A stretch of 64,000 bases of DNA from Nitrospirota bacterium (GTDB taxonomy: Bacteria > Nitrospirota > UBA9217), in contig CAWJQQ010000001.1 in assembly GCA_963845065.1 (NCBI GenBank), positions 512,001 through 576,000 on the forward strand. Reading direction: 5' to 3'. Positions 31,895-41,259 of this stretch are shown in pieces. The notes beneath the pieces are model-generated. The model ran no database searches. It saw only the letters and a program-made list of their open reading frames with translations, and was not told where the DNA came from. Position 1 is the stretch's first letter. The number at the start of each line of letters is the position of its first letter. The translations under genes and the position numbers were made by a program.

Positions 31895-32224
31895 TCAGCC
31901 AGCGCCAGGAGAATTGCCGCCGTGAAACCTCCCAAAAGTGCGGGCCATCATCACCGATATAAGTAGCGCACCCAATCCCGCTGCGAGGACATGACTTGTG
32001 CAACGCGGATCGAAGATCCCCACGCGAAATATGAGCAGGTAGCCGACTGCTATGTTGAACGATCCCCAGAGCACGTTCACGGTTGATGATGAAAGCCCCT
32101 GACCGGGTGGTTTAGCAAATGGACTTTGGAAAGGACGTCCCATTAATCCGCTTACGAAGTGCGGAATGGCATTTGTGAGAAAAGCACCACCAAAAAAGTA
32201 AGAAATGTAGTTAATCCATTCCAT
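31895..32224 (-). CDS. Small conserved membrane protein
   Basis: NAIPHFVSG.MGRPFQSPFAKPPG.GLSS..VNVLWG; three hydrophobic segments; RBS present. Confidence 0.7.
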   Translation of the reverse strand: MEWINYISYFFGGAFLTNAIPHFVSGLMGRPFQSPFAKPPGQGLSSSTVNVLWGSFNIAVGYLLIFRVGIFDPRCTSHVLAAGLGALLISVMMARTFGRFHGGNSPGAG

Positions 32225-32282
32225 TGTCAAGTTCTCCTTTTATTGATTAGGATGTTCAAAGCACTGGCCACGCAATTGGTTT

Positions 32283-32720
32283 TCAATCTCTTCCCCCTTT
32301 ACAATAAAGACTCGCAAGAGGTTCTGACCTATTGATTTTCCGAAGTGGAATCTCTCGGCGAAACAAGGAGAAAACAGTTCCCATCAGAAGAAATACAGTG
32401 TCGACCAAAAAGACATCACTAAGAGTATCCGCGAGTCCGATCCGGTCCGAGTGCTGGATCGAATCTACGAGCATATGCACATCTTTCTTTGAACCTGAGA
32501 GGCAGCTTTTTATCTGTTTCATGGCGCCAGGCATCATATAGGACTGAGAGTTATAGAGCCTGGAAAGTTGTGTGGGCGAGATCGCAGCTACTGTGGCAGG
32601 AGATGTCGCGCGATGGAAGGCGGGCACGCATTGATTGACGAGAATGCTTCCAAAAAGGGCTACTCCCAAGGAACCAGCGACTGTTCGCATAAGCTGAAGC
32701 GTTGATGTGACTGTCCCAAA
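32283..32720 (-). pseudogene. C-terminal fragment of an MDR/DHA2 MFS transporter
   Basis: GTVTSTLQLMRTVAGSLGVALFGSIL..REIPLRK with no N-terminal part. Confidence 0.6.
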
Positions 32721-32787
32721 AAAACGGAGAAGCATCGGTTCAAAAAATTTATCCATTCTCGTATAACCTCCCTTTGAACCTTCCATT

Positions 32788-34236
32788 CTATCCGCGCCTG
32801 TCCCCACTCTTTTGATGTACCAGTACCGGAAGGCGGCTTGCCGACCCAAGCACGAGCAATTGAAGCCCGATCAGTAGCACAAAGGCGATCATGAACGCGC
32901 GAGGCCCGGAGGCCGAAAAGTAAGTCGCTGAAAGCGATATAACAATGGCCATGACCGTTGTTGCGAGTGGTCCGCCCAGTCTTTGGACGATATTGATTGC
33001 CGTGGCCGCGACAGCGAGCTTGTCTCTCGGAACCGAAGCATACGCCGCTGACATCGAGGGGATACCGATCGCACCCTGGCCAGCGCCGCGAGCGAGCAGG
33101 CACACTACCATCAAGGTAGGTGAAAACTGGTTTTGGATCATCCAGAGAAAAGGACATGTGCCCAAAAGAGCCAAAAGCGCTCCGCCCGTGGAAACCGCGC
33201 GACAGCCAAACCTCTCGGTTAAAAAACCCATTAATGGAAATGAGCACATCATCCCGAACCCCATGGCCGCCAGCATCCAACCCGCCCGGGTTGGAGACAG
33301 CTCGCAGCCTGTGATCAAGTAAAGGGGAACAAGAAACTGTCCTGCATAAGCCACACCATTGGAGAAAAACTGGGTCGTGGCCGCCGTCGAAAAAATACGG
33401 TTATTGAAGAATCGGAGATCGATCAATGCTGTGCTCTTCTTCCGAATCGCATGCCAGACAAACGCGCCCAGCAAAATCAAACCTGCCAGCAAAGTCAAAG
33501 CTCCATCCCGATGCGAAGCATGATCGAGCCCGTAAAGAAGACACACCAAGCCAGGAGAGATCATTAGGAAGCCCGAGAAATCAAATGGACGCTTTTGGAT
33601 CGCCGCTTCGTCGCCCGGAAGCAGAAAAGTTGCTAACCCGACCGCAAAAATTCCAATCGGCAAATTGAGGTAAAAAATCCAGGGCCAAGGGGCGTATTTC
33701 AAGATCGCGCCCGCCACGACCGGACCCAGGATCGGAGCGATCAAGATGGGCACAACCGTATAGCCCATCACGCGAGCCATATGTCTCCCCGCAACCCGGG
33801 CAATCATCATCTGAGTCATCGGAGCCAAGAGCCCACCCGCTATTCCTTGGATCACTCGGGCCCAAATCAGCTCATCCATCGTCCGCGCGGAGCCGCAGAG
33901 AAGCGAAGCAAGCGTGAACGCCGAGAAGCACCCCAAGTATAGCCGCTTCGCTCCCAGCCGGTCCACGAGCCAGCCATTGATCGGAAGCATGAGCGCCAGC
34001 GCGAGCAAGTAGCCGCTGATAATCCAGTGCGCTGACGCGATCGACGAATGAAGCTCCTGCCGAATGGTCGATAGCGAGACGGTCACGACCGTCGTATCCA
34101 GTCCCGTCATGAACGGCCCTAGAAATACGACGGCGGCAATTCTCCAGACTCTCGGATCCAGGCCGTCGGAGGAAGACACCTCGTCCGCGACTGCTGGACC
34201 GGGTTCTGGAGATGAAGGAGCGTGACTCTTATTCAT
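32788..34236 (-). CDS. DHA2-family (EmrB/QacA-like) MFS efflux pump
   Basis: LDTTVV, GWLVDRLGAKR, RVIQGIAGG, GPVVAG, WIFYLNLPIG; ATG 34236. Confidence 0.92.
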   Translation of the reverse strand: MNKSHAPSSPEPGPAVADEVSSSDGLDPRVWRIAAVVFLGPFMTGLDTTVVTVSLSTIRQELHSSIASAHWIISGYLLALALMLPINGWLVDRLGAKRLYLGCFSAFTLASLLCGSARTMDELIWARVIQGIAGGLLAPMTQMMIARVAGRHMARVMGYTVVPILIAPILGPVVAGAILKYAPWPWIFYLNLPIGIFAVGLATFLLPGDEAAIQKRPFDFSGFLMISPGLVCLLYGLDHASHRDGALTLLAGLILLGAFVWHAIRKKSTALIDLRFFNNRIFSTAATTQFFSNGVAYAGQFLVPLYLITGCELSPTRAGWMLAAMGFGMMCSFPLMGFLTERFGCRAVSTGGALLALLGTCPFLWMIQNQFSPTLMVVCLLARGAGQGAIGIPSMSAAYASVPRDKLAVAATAINIVQRLGGPLATTVMAIVISLSATYFSASGPRAFMIAFVLLIGLQLLVLGSASRLPVLVHQKSGDRRG

Positions 34237-34243
34237 AGTGTGC

Positions 34244-34684
34244 CTACGTTTTCGACTTGGATAATAGGCGGGAAACTTCACAAATCTGTTTCGCAATCGC
34301 TTTTTTTTTCGTAACAGAAAGAGCCGAGAGTCTTTCATCGACTTTCGCAAATGCACGTTTATAGATCGTCTCTAGATAGGTGGTTGCTTTAGAAGTCAGA
34401 TGCAATTCAATCTGCCGCCTATCCTTGGGGTGGGGAACTCTCTTTAGGAGTCCCTCCTTGACCATCGTATTGACCATGATGGAGGTGGCGGGCTGGCTAA
34501 TTCCAAATGCCTCGGAAAGTTTCCCGACGTGGCAAACGCCACTTTTGATTTTGTGGAGCATTCTGAATTGAGTCAATGTTGGCGCGTTTGCGCCTGCTTC
34601 AGCCTTAAACTCCTGTTTGACGATCCTCGTTAGCACCGTCGCCAAGTCCACTAGGTCGCGAGAAAGAGTTGCTTTTAATTCCAT
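34244..34684 (-). CDS. MarR-family regulator
   Basis: TLTQFRML, ISQPATS..V..MVKEGLLKR..DRR. Confidence 0.9.
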   Translation of the reverse strand: MELKATLSRDLVDLATVLTRIVKQEFKAEAGANAPTLTQFRMLHKIKSGVCHVGKLSEAFGISQPATSIMVNTMVKEGLLKRVPHPKDRRQIELHLTSKATTYLETIYKRAFAKVDERLSALSVTKKKAIAKQICEVSRLLSKSKT

Positions 34685-34695
34685 ATATTATATAC

Positions 34696-34714
34696 TAGAT
34701 ATATGCTATATCTA
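34696..34714. promoter_or_regulatory. Candidate MarR operator in the divergent promoter
   Basis: TAGATATA-TGC-TATATCTA palindrome in the 63-bp gap between marR and the hydrolase gene. Confidence 0.65.
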
Positions 34715-34747
34715 TGTCAATATAAATAACAGTATGAGGAGGAAATA

Positions 34748-35320
34748 ATGATAATTGACCCAAAAAAGACCGCAGTTCTCAGCCTGGATATCCAGGAAGG
34801 CATCCTGGGATTTGTTCCAAGTGCTCAGGCAGCTTTTCCCAATGCGGCTCGAGTAGTGGAGTCTTCCAGAAAAGGTGGATTCCTACTGATTCATGTGGGG
34901 ATTGGTTTCGAACCTGGATATCCTGAAATCAGCTCAGGCCACGCGCGTTTTTCGATGATCAAGGAGCGCGGACTTTTTGTCAAGGGGTCCGATTCGGCGC
35001 GCATTCACTCATCGATCTTCAAGTCCGGCGATACCGTTGTCTACAAGCATCGGGTGAGCGCATTTTCCGGGAATGCGTTGCACATGATCCTCCGCTCGCA
35101 GGGAATAGAAAATTTGGTGCTCTTCGGAATCGCTACCAGTGGCATTGTTTTGTCTACGGTCAGGTTGGCGAGTGACCTTGATTTCAAGTGCGTGGTGATC
35201 AAAGATGCATGCTTTGATTCTGATGAGGAAGTGCATCGCGTTTTGACGGAAAAGGTTTTCGCCTCCCAAGCGACGGTAATTACGACAAAGGAGTTTCAAA
35301 CAGAGTTTGCGGGCGCATGA
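34748..35320 (+). CDS. Isochorismatase/cysteine hydrolase family protein
   Basis: TAVLSLDIQ, KHRVSAF, GIATSGIVLSTVR, DAC. Confidence 0.88.
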   Translation: MIIDPKKTAVLSLDIQEGILGFVPSAQAAFPNAARVVESSRKGGFLLIHVGIGFEPGYPEISSGHARFSMIKERGLFVKGSDSARIHSSIFKSGDTVVYKHRVSAFSGNALHMILRSQGIENLVLFGIATSGIVLSTVRLASDLDFKCVVIKDACFDSDEEVHRVLTEKVFASQATVITTKEFQTEFAGA

Positions 35321-35399
35321 TCCCTCAATGGGTAGGCGTTAATGAATACAGTTTGTAAATTGAAGTGTTATTAAGAGTAGAAAAATCATCGGATCCAGG

Positions 35400-35690
35400 A
35401 TCAAGTAAGCCGCTCCGCGGGTCTGTGGCCAGTTCACGCGTGATGTCCGTGAATTTATAACGTACAGTGACATAGGCGCTCATAACAATGAAGAAGCGTA
35501 TAGGGAGATATCCGAATGGATAGACGGGGAGCCCAACAGTTGGTAGAAAAACAACCGCGTCTAGGTAACCAACGCCGAAAGCTATAAGCAGTCCTCTCAG
35601 TCTTTTCTTCTGCAGCGCAGTCGAACTTTGCTGATATGCCGACAAGCTGCGGGTGAAGCTCGCAGCAAAACTCCCGATCATTGCCTAGAC
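35400..35690 (-). pseudogene. Fragment of a multi-TM sensor input domain
   Basis: LLIAFGVGYL..LP..G.PVYPFGYLPI..AY..VRYK..DIT; no proper start or signalling domain. Confidence 0.5.
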
Positions 35691-35809
35691 GCTGATGAAG
35701 AAGAAGGAGATATTTGACTAGGTTTGCCTCAATTTAGGGGATACTCAGGTATCGGCCAGTTTAAAATAACTCAAATGCGGGCTTGCGCAATCATTTTTTG
35801 AATGGAAGC

Positions 35810-36100
35810 CCCTGGTGGAAGTTGAGAGAAACAATTAAGGTGCTGAACCTGACGTTCAGTGAACTGAGGCTGGAAAAGCACTCGGACAAGACTGTTATCG
35901 GCCGAATAGAAAAGGGGTTTGATTTTTTAGGGATATCACTTCAGCCCTGACGGGTTTTCAATAGCTGAAAAGACGCTCTATCCATATATAACTATGAAGA
36001 GGTTTCTTGCACGTGTAATCCGGCTTTATAAGCAAGAGCAGGAGGAGCCTTCAGGCTCCTCCTGCTTGGACTATACGTGAAGCATTGGGTCCGGTGGGTA
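35810..36100 (+). pseudogene. Reverse transcriptase C-terminal remnant
   Basis: WKLRETIKVLN..LRLEKHSDKTVIGRIEKGFDFLG, then after a frameshift YHFSPDG..RLYKQE; RT6/7 and thumb-like, catalytic core absent. Confidence 0.7.
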
Positions 36101-36236
36101 TATAGCGGCATCCCACCACTTGCATTCAAATGTCGCAGTACATTCTGTGAGCGTGGAGGGTATACTAATGACCATTAAGGGTAACCCCACGATTACGGCC
36201 CTGCTATATTGACGCGTGTCGCCATGGAGTGGCGTT

Positions 36237-37670
36237 TCACTGCTGAAAGCAATATAGACGCGCAGTATTCGTGCAAACATAAGAGCCATCGCTCGTCCAC
36301 TCTGAATTTGAATATTGTAAATACCCAACTGCACCCGAATAGCCGGATGTACCGGAGGTCCAATTGTTGCAGTCGGTCGCTGAAATGTTGTTTACGGCTG
36401 TACCATTAGTATTTGTACCCGTCCACACATACGACGCAGCTACGGCAACCCCGTTTTGGTCATGCATGATAGGGTTTTGGAGTGTCCCTGAAGTCAACTG
36501 AGTCCAATTATTCGCAATGACTGTGCCGTCTAGAGTGACGTAGGGGATGGTATTCTGCGTAAATCTTGTCGATGGAGACGTGGTAGCGTCCGATAACCAC
36601 GCCAACCAGTTACCGGTTAAACCAGCGCTTTGAGCGAAAGACAAACAACCCGCATCACCTCCCGCTGCCCCGACCGGTTGACTCGAACTCCATGTAAAAG
36701 TTTCGCTTGTCACGAATACCAATTTGATCGGCGAAAAAATCGCGTACAGCGTAACATTTGCTGAACCCATCGCAAAGGTCTGCCCCACCGTATAAGCCGT
36801 TCCGGATCCGTTGGCCTCCGTGTTCCAGTTCATGAATAACTCCTCGGCTTTGATGAGATTGCATGTATATCCCTTCACAGTGACGGTCTGGCTCGTCAAG
36901 TAGTGGGTCCCATCAGTCGGGGCTGTGCAGGCGGTAAGGCCGTTGCCGTTATAAGTAACGGTAAATGTAGGTTGTACTGTCCAGAGAGCGTACAAGGTAA
37001 CACTTGCTGAGCCCATCGTGAAGGTCTGCCCCGCCGTATAGGTCGTTCCGGTTCCGTTAGCCTGCGTGTTCCAGCCAGTGAAGGTATCTCCGGTTTTCGC
37101 GAGGTTGCCATTCCCGAGCACCGTGACAGCCTGCCCAATGTCGTATTTGTTAGAATCGACCGGAACGCTGCCGCTGGTGCTGCCGTTGCCGCTATAGGTC
37201 ACCGTGAGAAGACCGCTTCCGGATGTCTTCGTTATGGTTCCCGACGAAGTTCCGGTGCAAGTCGCCGTGGGTGTGATACACTGCCAGCTCGAAGTGTAAC
37301 TCCCGGCAGTCTCAGAACTTAGCGTAATGGTGACTGATTCTGGGTGCGTCCCGTTGCAGTTAGAACCAGGCGCATTACTGCTCGAATACGTTATCACATC
37401 TCCGCTTATCGTGGCGGTGAATTGGTCTCCTTGAGAGTCCGTCGCATTGAGAGTATTGCCCGATTGAGTATTTACAGTAAATGTGTTCGAATTTAGCGTG
37501 CAGCAGGACTGAGGCTGACAATTTGTATCAGCTTGTTTCCACGCACCTGCTATATCATTATATGCCGCGGGCTGCAACGAGCTCCCACCTCCGCCTCCTC
37601 CCCCGCCGCAGTCGCCAAGCAGAACCACCGTCGAAAGAACCAGAATCAAAAAATTTAATAACCGTTTCAT
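36237..37670 (-). CDS. Surface lipoprotein with two InlB B-repeat (Flg_new)-like repeats and a C-terminal DUF1554-like domain
   Basis: Signal peptide plus CGGGGG; two repeats TVTY.GNG..F..WNT.ANG.GT.Y..G..F.MGSA.VTLYA; VFVTS..GDAGC..AWLSD..LYCFQQ. Confidence 0.8.
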   Translation of the reverse strand: MKRLLNFLILVLSTVVLLGDCGGGGGGGGSSLQPAAYNDIAGAWKQADTNCQPQSCCTLNSNTFTVNTQSGNTLNATDSQGDQFTATISGDVITYSSSNAPGSNCNGTHPESVTITLSSETAGSYTSSWQCITPTATCTGTSSGTITKTSGSGLLTVTYSGNGSTSGSVPVDSNKYDIGQAVTVLGNGNLAKTGDTFTGWNTQANGTGTTYTAGQTFTMGSASVTLYALWTVQPTFTVTYNGNGLTACTAPTDGTHYLTSQTVTVKGYTCNLIKAEELFMNWNTEANGSGTAYTVGQTFAMGSANVTLYAIFSPIKLVFVTSETFTWSSSQPVGAAGGDAGCLSFAQSAGLTGNWLAWLSDATTSPSTRFTQNTIPYVTLDGTVIANNWTQLTSGTLQNPIMHDQNGVAVAASYVWTGTNTNGTAVNNISATDCNNWTSGTSGYSGAVGYLQYSNSEWTSDGSYVCTNTARLYCFQQ

Positions 37671-37767
37671 AGTGATCTCCTCTAGTCACCATCAATGCGT
37701 TGCGTTCATCCGAATAATACCTAAAGAGCTTCCCACGCAATACGTTTCTGTATTTACATCATTGACT

Positions 37768-37880
37768 AAAAAAGCCGAGCATGTCGCAAGGACTCCTCCT
37801 TCTGCAGTACGGCCGTCTTGGTCTTTTAAGACCCATTGCTTTCCGTCTCCTTCACCAGAAGGGGCTGTCTTTATCGATGA
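37768..37880 (-). ncRNA. c-di-GMP-I (GEMM-I)-type riboswitch with an overlapping intrinsic terminator
   Basis: Minus strand AUCGAUAAAGACAGCCCCUUCUGGUGAAGGAGACGGAAAGCAAUGGGUCU..AAGACGGCCGUACUGCAGAA, then a hairpin ending CGGC-U6; in the 5' UTR of the 37670 gene. Confidence 0.65.
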
Positions 37881-38933
37881 TAATTTACATGCAATCATAG
37901 ATATGGAGATTTGTCAATTTCAAAGACTTGCAACTGTTTACTTTATTACAAACAATTGCAAAAAGTCGATTTGTATTCATAACTCTACTCTTGATTTCTT
38001 ATTCCTCACTGTTAATAGATGAGAGTACCCAAAGTTATTGATCATTTTATTTGCTTTGAATGTATGATCGATAAGAGGAGCAGTTAATGTTGTCGAGTGG
38101 GTATATTACGGGTATACGCAGCAGAATTCAGGTTGGGAATTTATGTGTTCCAAAGTTGGAAACCTTAACAACTAATAAGGATGAAGCTGAATTTTCACAA
38201 AGATAAACCTGTCGTGGTGTTTTCGAATAAGGCATAAGACCAAAGCGGGGTAGCGACACAATGCATGGACTTATTGATATCCGCATAAAGTTCCTCGGGA
38301 CCAGGCTGCCGCTAGTCCTATCGACTGTTTATGTTATAAAGGAATCGCAAATGATGATCAGCAAGAACGGGTGGACTGCCGAACTCACCAGGTCAGACTT
38401 CAACCGACAAGTCACATGATATACACGGCATGTTACTAGTCTGCGGAAAGTTGAACTGTCACGAAATCGGGTAGGTCGGGAGCCTTACGGCTCCTTTCCC
38501 CCCTAAGAACCGTGCATGAGAGTTTCCCCTCACACGGCTCAAGCTCCTCTAAAAGAATCCCTGATAGAGATCCCCGCGATTCAGAATCGCTTCACGATAC
38601 TTGCAGACTGCCAATATGGCCGAAGCCGAAAGGGGCACCAATGCTGAGTGGAAGCTCAGCATCGTCATTTGCGTTCCTTTCTTAATATTGATTCATCCTG
38701 TGTTCTCGTGACGAAGAACCTGCCAATATCAGCCTCCTTACGGAGTCCCGAATTAATCGGGTATCCCCACCATTACAGCAGGGCATTCGCTTCTTTTGGC
38801 ATCTCAATCCAGACCTCCAACAGCATGCCTTACGGTTAGCCTGCCCATAGTTACTTTGGAGCGAAGGTACTGGGGTTCCACGTTCCGTATAAATGATCCT
38901 TTGAGTGACTTAGGTGTATCATTAACACCGGTG

Positions 38934-40461
38934 GATCAGGTCAAGTTTTTAGTTGAAATTAGTTGAGTGGCCCGCGCTCCCTTCGGCTAAGGCTTTTTAT
39001 CGATTCAACGGTGTAAAGCATCGTTGTGTATAAAATCGGATTCGTAGGATCGCCATATTTGAGTTTTCTGAGGCCGAGCCATACCTAACCATCCCTCCTT
39101 ATGCAGCCTTTTTGACCGTTAGGTCATTTATTTCGTCCGCCTCGATCCGTTTCATCACGTCCGCGATGAAGGCGTGACCCTTGATCTTCCTGAATCCTTG
39201 TTCAGCATATAAAAGAACAGAAGCGAGCCAGCGCTGCATCATCTTGCTGTCGCGATAGCGCTTTATATTGCCCTCTGCTTTTCTCACCGTAGAAAACATG
39301 CTCTCAATAGGATTGGTAGAATGCAAGGTATTCCGCAAGAGAGCGGGAACCTTCAACCGGTGAAGGGTGAGAATGTCTTCTATCGCTTCCATGAGCGAAT
39401 CAGCCGCCGACTCATTGATGCCCCGAAGCCATTTCTCCATGTCCAGAAGCATCTGACGAGCATCTGCGTAATTATTCTGCTCCAGGGCAGTTCGGAACCT
39501 CCTGTGTGCGTCTTTCCGGTATTTCTTCGGCAAATGATGCTGTATATTGCGGTCCTTGTGGATCGTGCACCGCTGATGGATCAATTTATTGCCGAAGCGA
39601 TCCCGGAGAGCTTTGATTACGCCTCTGCCACCATCGGTGACCCAGATGATTCGTCGTGATAGTGTCAGACCCCGCCGTTCCATATCGGAAAACAGTTCTT
39701 CGCACAATTCATGGTTCTCCGTCGCCCCCTGCCAGAATCCCAATGTCTGCTTCGTTCCAGCACTATCGAGCCCCAGCGCCACGATGAATGCCTCTCCGCC
39801 GCGGTGAACAGTGTCTAAAAAGACTGCAAAGGGGACGAATGACGTGAGTGACCGTTCCTTAAACTCCTGAAGCTGTTTTGCTGTTGCCGCGACGATATGG
39901 CTCGACACCGTGCTGGCAGATACGCCAAATGCTTGCGCCGTATCTACAACCGTCTCCGCATACTTCCGGCATGATATGCCACGGAGTACCTTTCCAAGCA
40001 ATTCTTCTGAGAAACCTTCCGGTTTTTTCAACTTCTGATAACTCTGAAGCGCAATCTCACCAGCCGGACCTCGAAGCCGAGGGTGGGTCACTGGGATCTT
40101 CTGATCTCCGATATAGACGGAACCGCCCTGGCTTGCCCACTTCCACAGGTCAGGACTGGTGGGCTGGTAGTCTGGCCCGGCAATCTCCTCACGCTCGATG
40201 TACATGATCGTCTCCGCCATCAGTCGGCCCATTTCCTTCATGCATTCATCAAAACCCTGTTTACCTTTTGCGAAGACATAATACATCTGTTCAATGATCT
40301 CCTGCCTTCCATATGCCTCTTCAATTCCTCGTATTGCCTTTTTCCTCTTCCTTGTGGTATCCTTCATCCAGTGGCTCCTTTCTTTGTTTCTCTCTCTCTA
40401 CCGTGGATTATGCCACGGGGGAGCCACTCTTTTCAATTTCAACTAAAAACAGTATAACCTC
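38934..40461 (-). mobile_element. IS256-family element inserted in the intron
   Basis: TIRs share GTTTTTAGTTGAAATT; 8-bp TSD CACCGGTG at 38926-38933 and 40462-40469. Confidence 0.92.
39099..40367 (-). CDS. IS256-family (Mutator-like) transposase
   Basis: VFLD, VTDG, QRCTIHK.RNI, STNPIES. Confidence 0.93.
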   Translation of the reverse strand: MKDTTRKRKKAIRGIEEAYGRQEIIEQMYYVFAKGKQGFDECMKEMGRLMAETIMYIEREEIAGPDYQPTSPDLWKWASQGGSVYIGDQKIPVTHPRLRGPAGEIALQSYQKLKKPEGFSEELLGKVLRGISCRKYAETVVDTAQAFGVSASTVSSHIVAATAKQLQEFKERSLTSFVPFAVFLDTVHRGGEAFIVALGLDSAGTKQTLGFWQGATENHELCEELFSDMERRGLTLSRRIIWVTDGGRGVIKALRDRFGNKLIHQRCTIHKDRNIQHHLPKKYRKDAHRRFRTALEQNNYADARQMLLDMEKWLRGINESAADSLMEAIEDILTLHRLKVPALLRNTLHSTNPIESMFSTVRKAEGNIKRYRDSKMMQRWLASVLLYAEQGFRKIKGHAFIADVMKRIEADEINDLTVKKAA

Positions 40462-41259
40462 CACCGGTGGTGCTACAGTTCCGTGCAGGTACAGTATAGA
40501 CCTGCAACCTGACCACTTGCTGTTCGCACAAGGGAACAGCCTCCGACCTATTATTCCTCCGTAGGTCTGCTTACAATGACGGTGCTTACCGACATTCAAT
40601 TATTTTCACCATATCACTCATCCCTAGCCCTTAACCGGAGAGGATTTCCAGAAGGGTCGGCCTGTCACCATTTCGACCCAATTCGGTACGTTGTCCGTGA
40701 GGCTTCGCACCCCGTCATCAGCGCAACGGTAGCACGCTCACGTAGGGACCAGCAGGAAACATGCTGGGTACTCTTTATACACCTCCTTAGTACACTCATT
40801 TATACGACATCGTGTCGCACATACTGAATGTAACTTACACATAAACGATAAGTTTAGAGGAGTGGCAGACTTTTCGCTGCCAGCTTCTCAGACGGCCGGT
40901 TACTTCACGTCACTATGCGGCGCCCTTAGGGCTGTGCATATGCCTGCCTTCCTTACGAAAGCGATGAGTATCTCTAAACTTAATTATTCATTTGCCGCTT
41001 ATTAAGCCGGAGTGACGAGATTAACTGATACCAAAAATATTAGAGGTTTTGCTTGTGTCAGCATTTTTTTAGTAAATTTCCGCAGATCAGCTATAATTTG
41101 GAAAGTAGCATTATGGCTGGTGCTCTTTTATAATGGCAGTGTTTATTTTCAGAGATTATTATGTCCCCATGTACAGAATGCTGCAGGCATTCTCAGGAAA
41201 GTTTGCTAAAATAAACATATGAATAGAGTATCTAACGAAACAATATCCGGGAGAAAGGC

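Larger units (their letters stand above)
38466..40820 (-). mobile_element. ORF-less group II intron (IIB-like), about 819 nt once the IS256 is removed
   Basis: 5' GUGCG at 40820; domain V at 38507-38540 (GAGCCGUGUGAGGGGAAACUCUCAUGCACGGUUC); domain VI ending CCUACCCGAU; EBS1/IBS1 complementarity. Confidence 0.92.

Noticed and set aside
35810..36100. RT remnant as the missing maturase of the intron
   Set aside because: Opposite strand, outside the intron, frameshifted and lacking the catalytic core
38648..38839. Small ORFs within the intron (also 40576-40827)
   Set aside because: Antisense to structured ribozyme sequence; not coding
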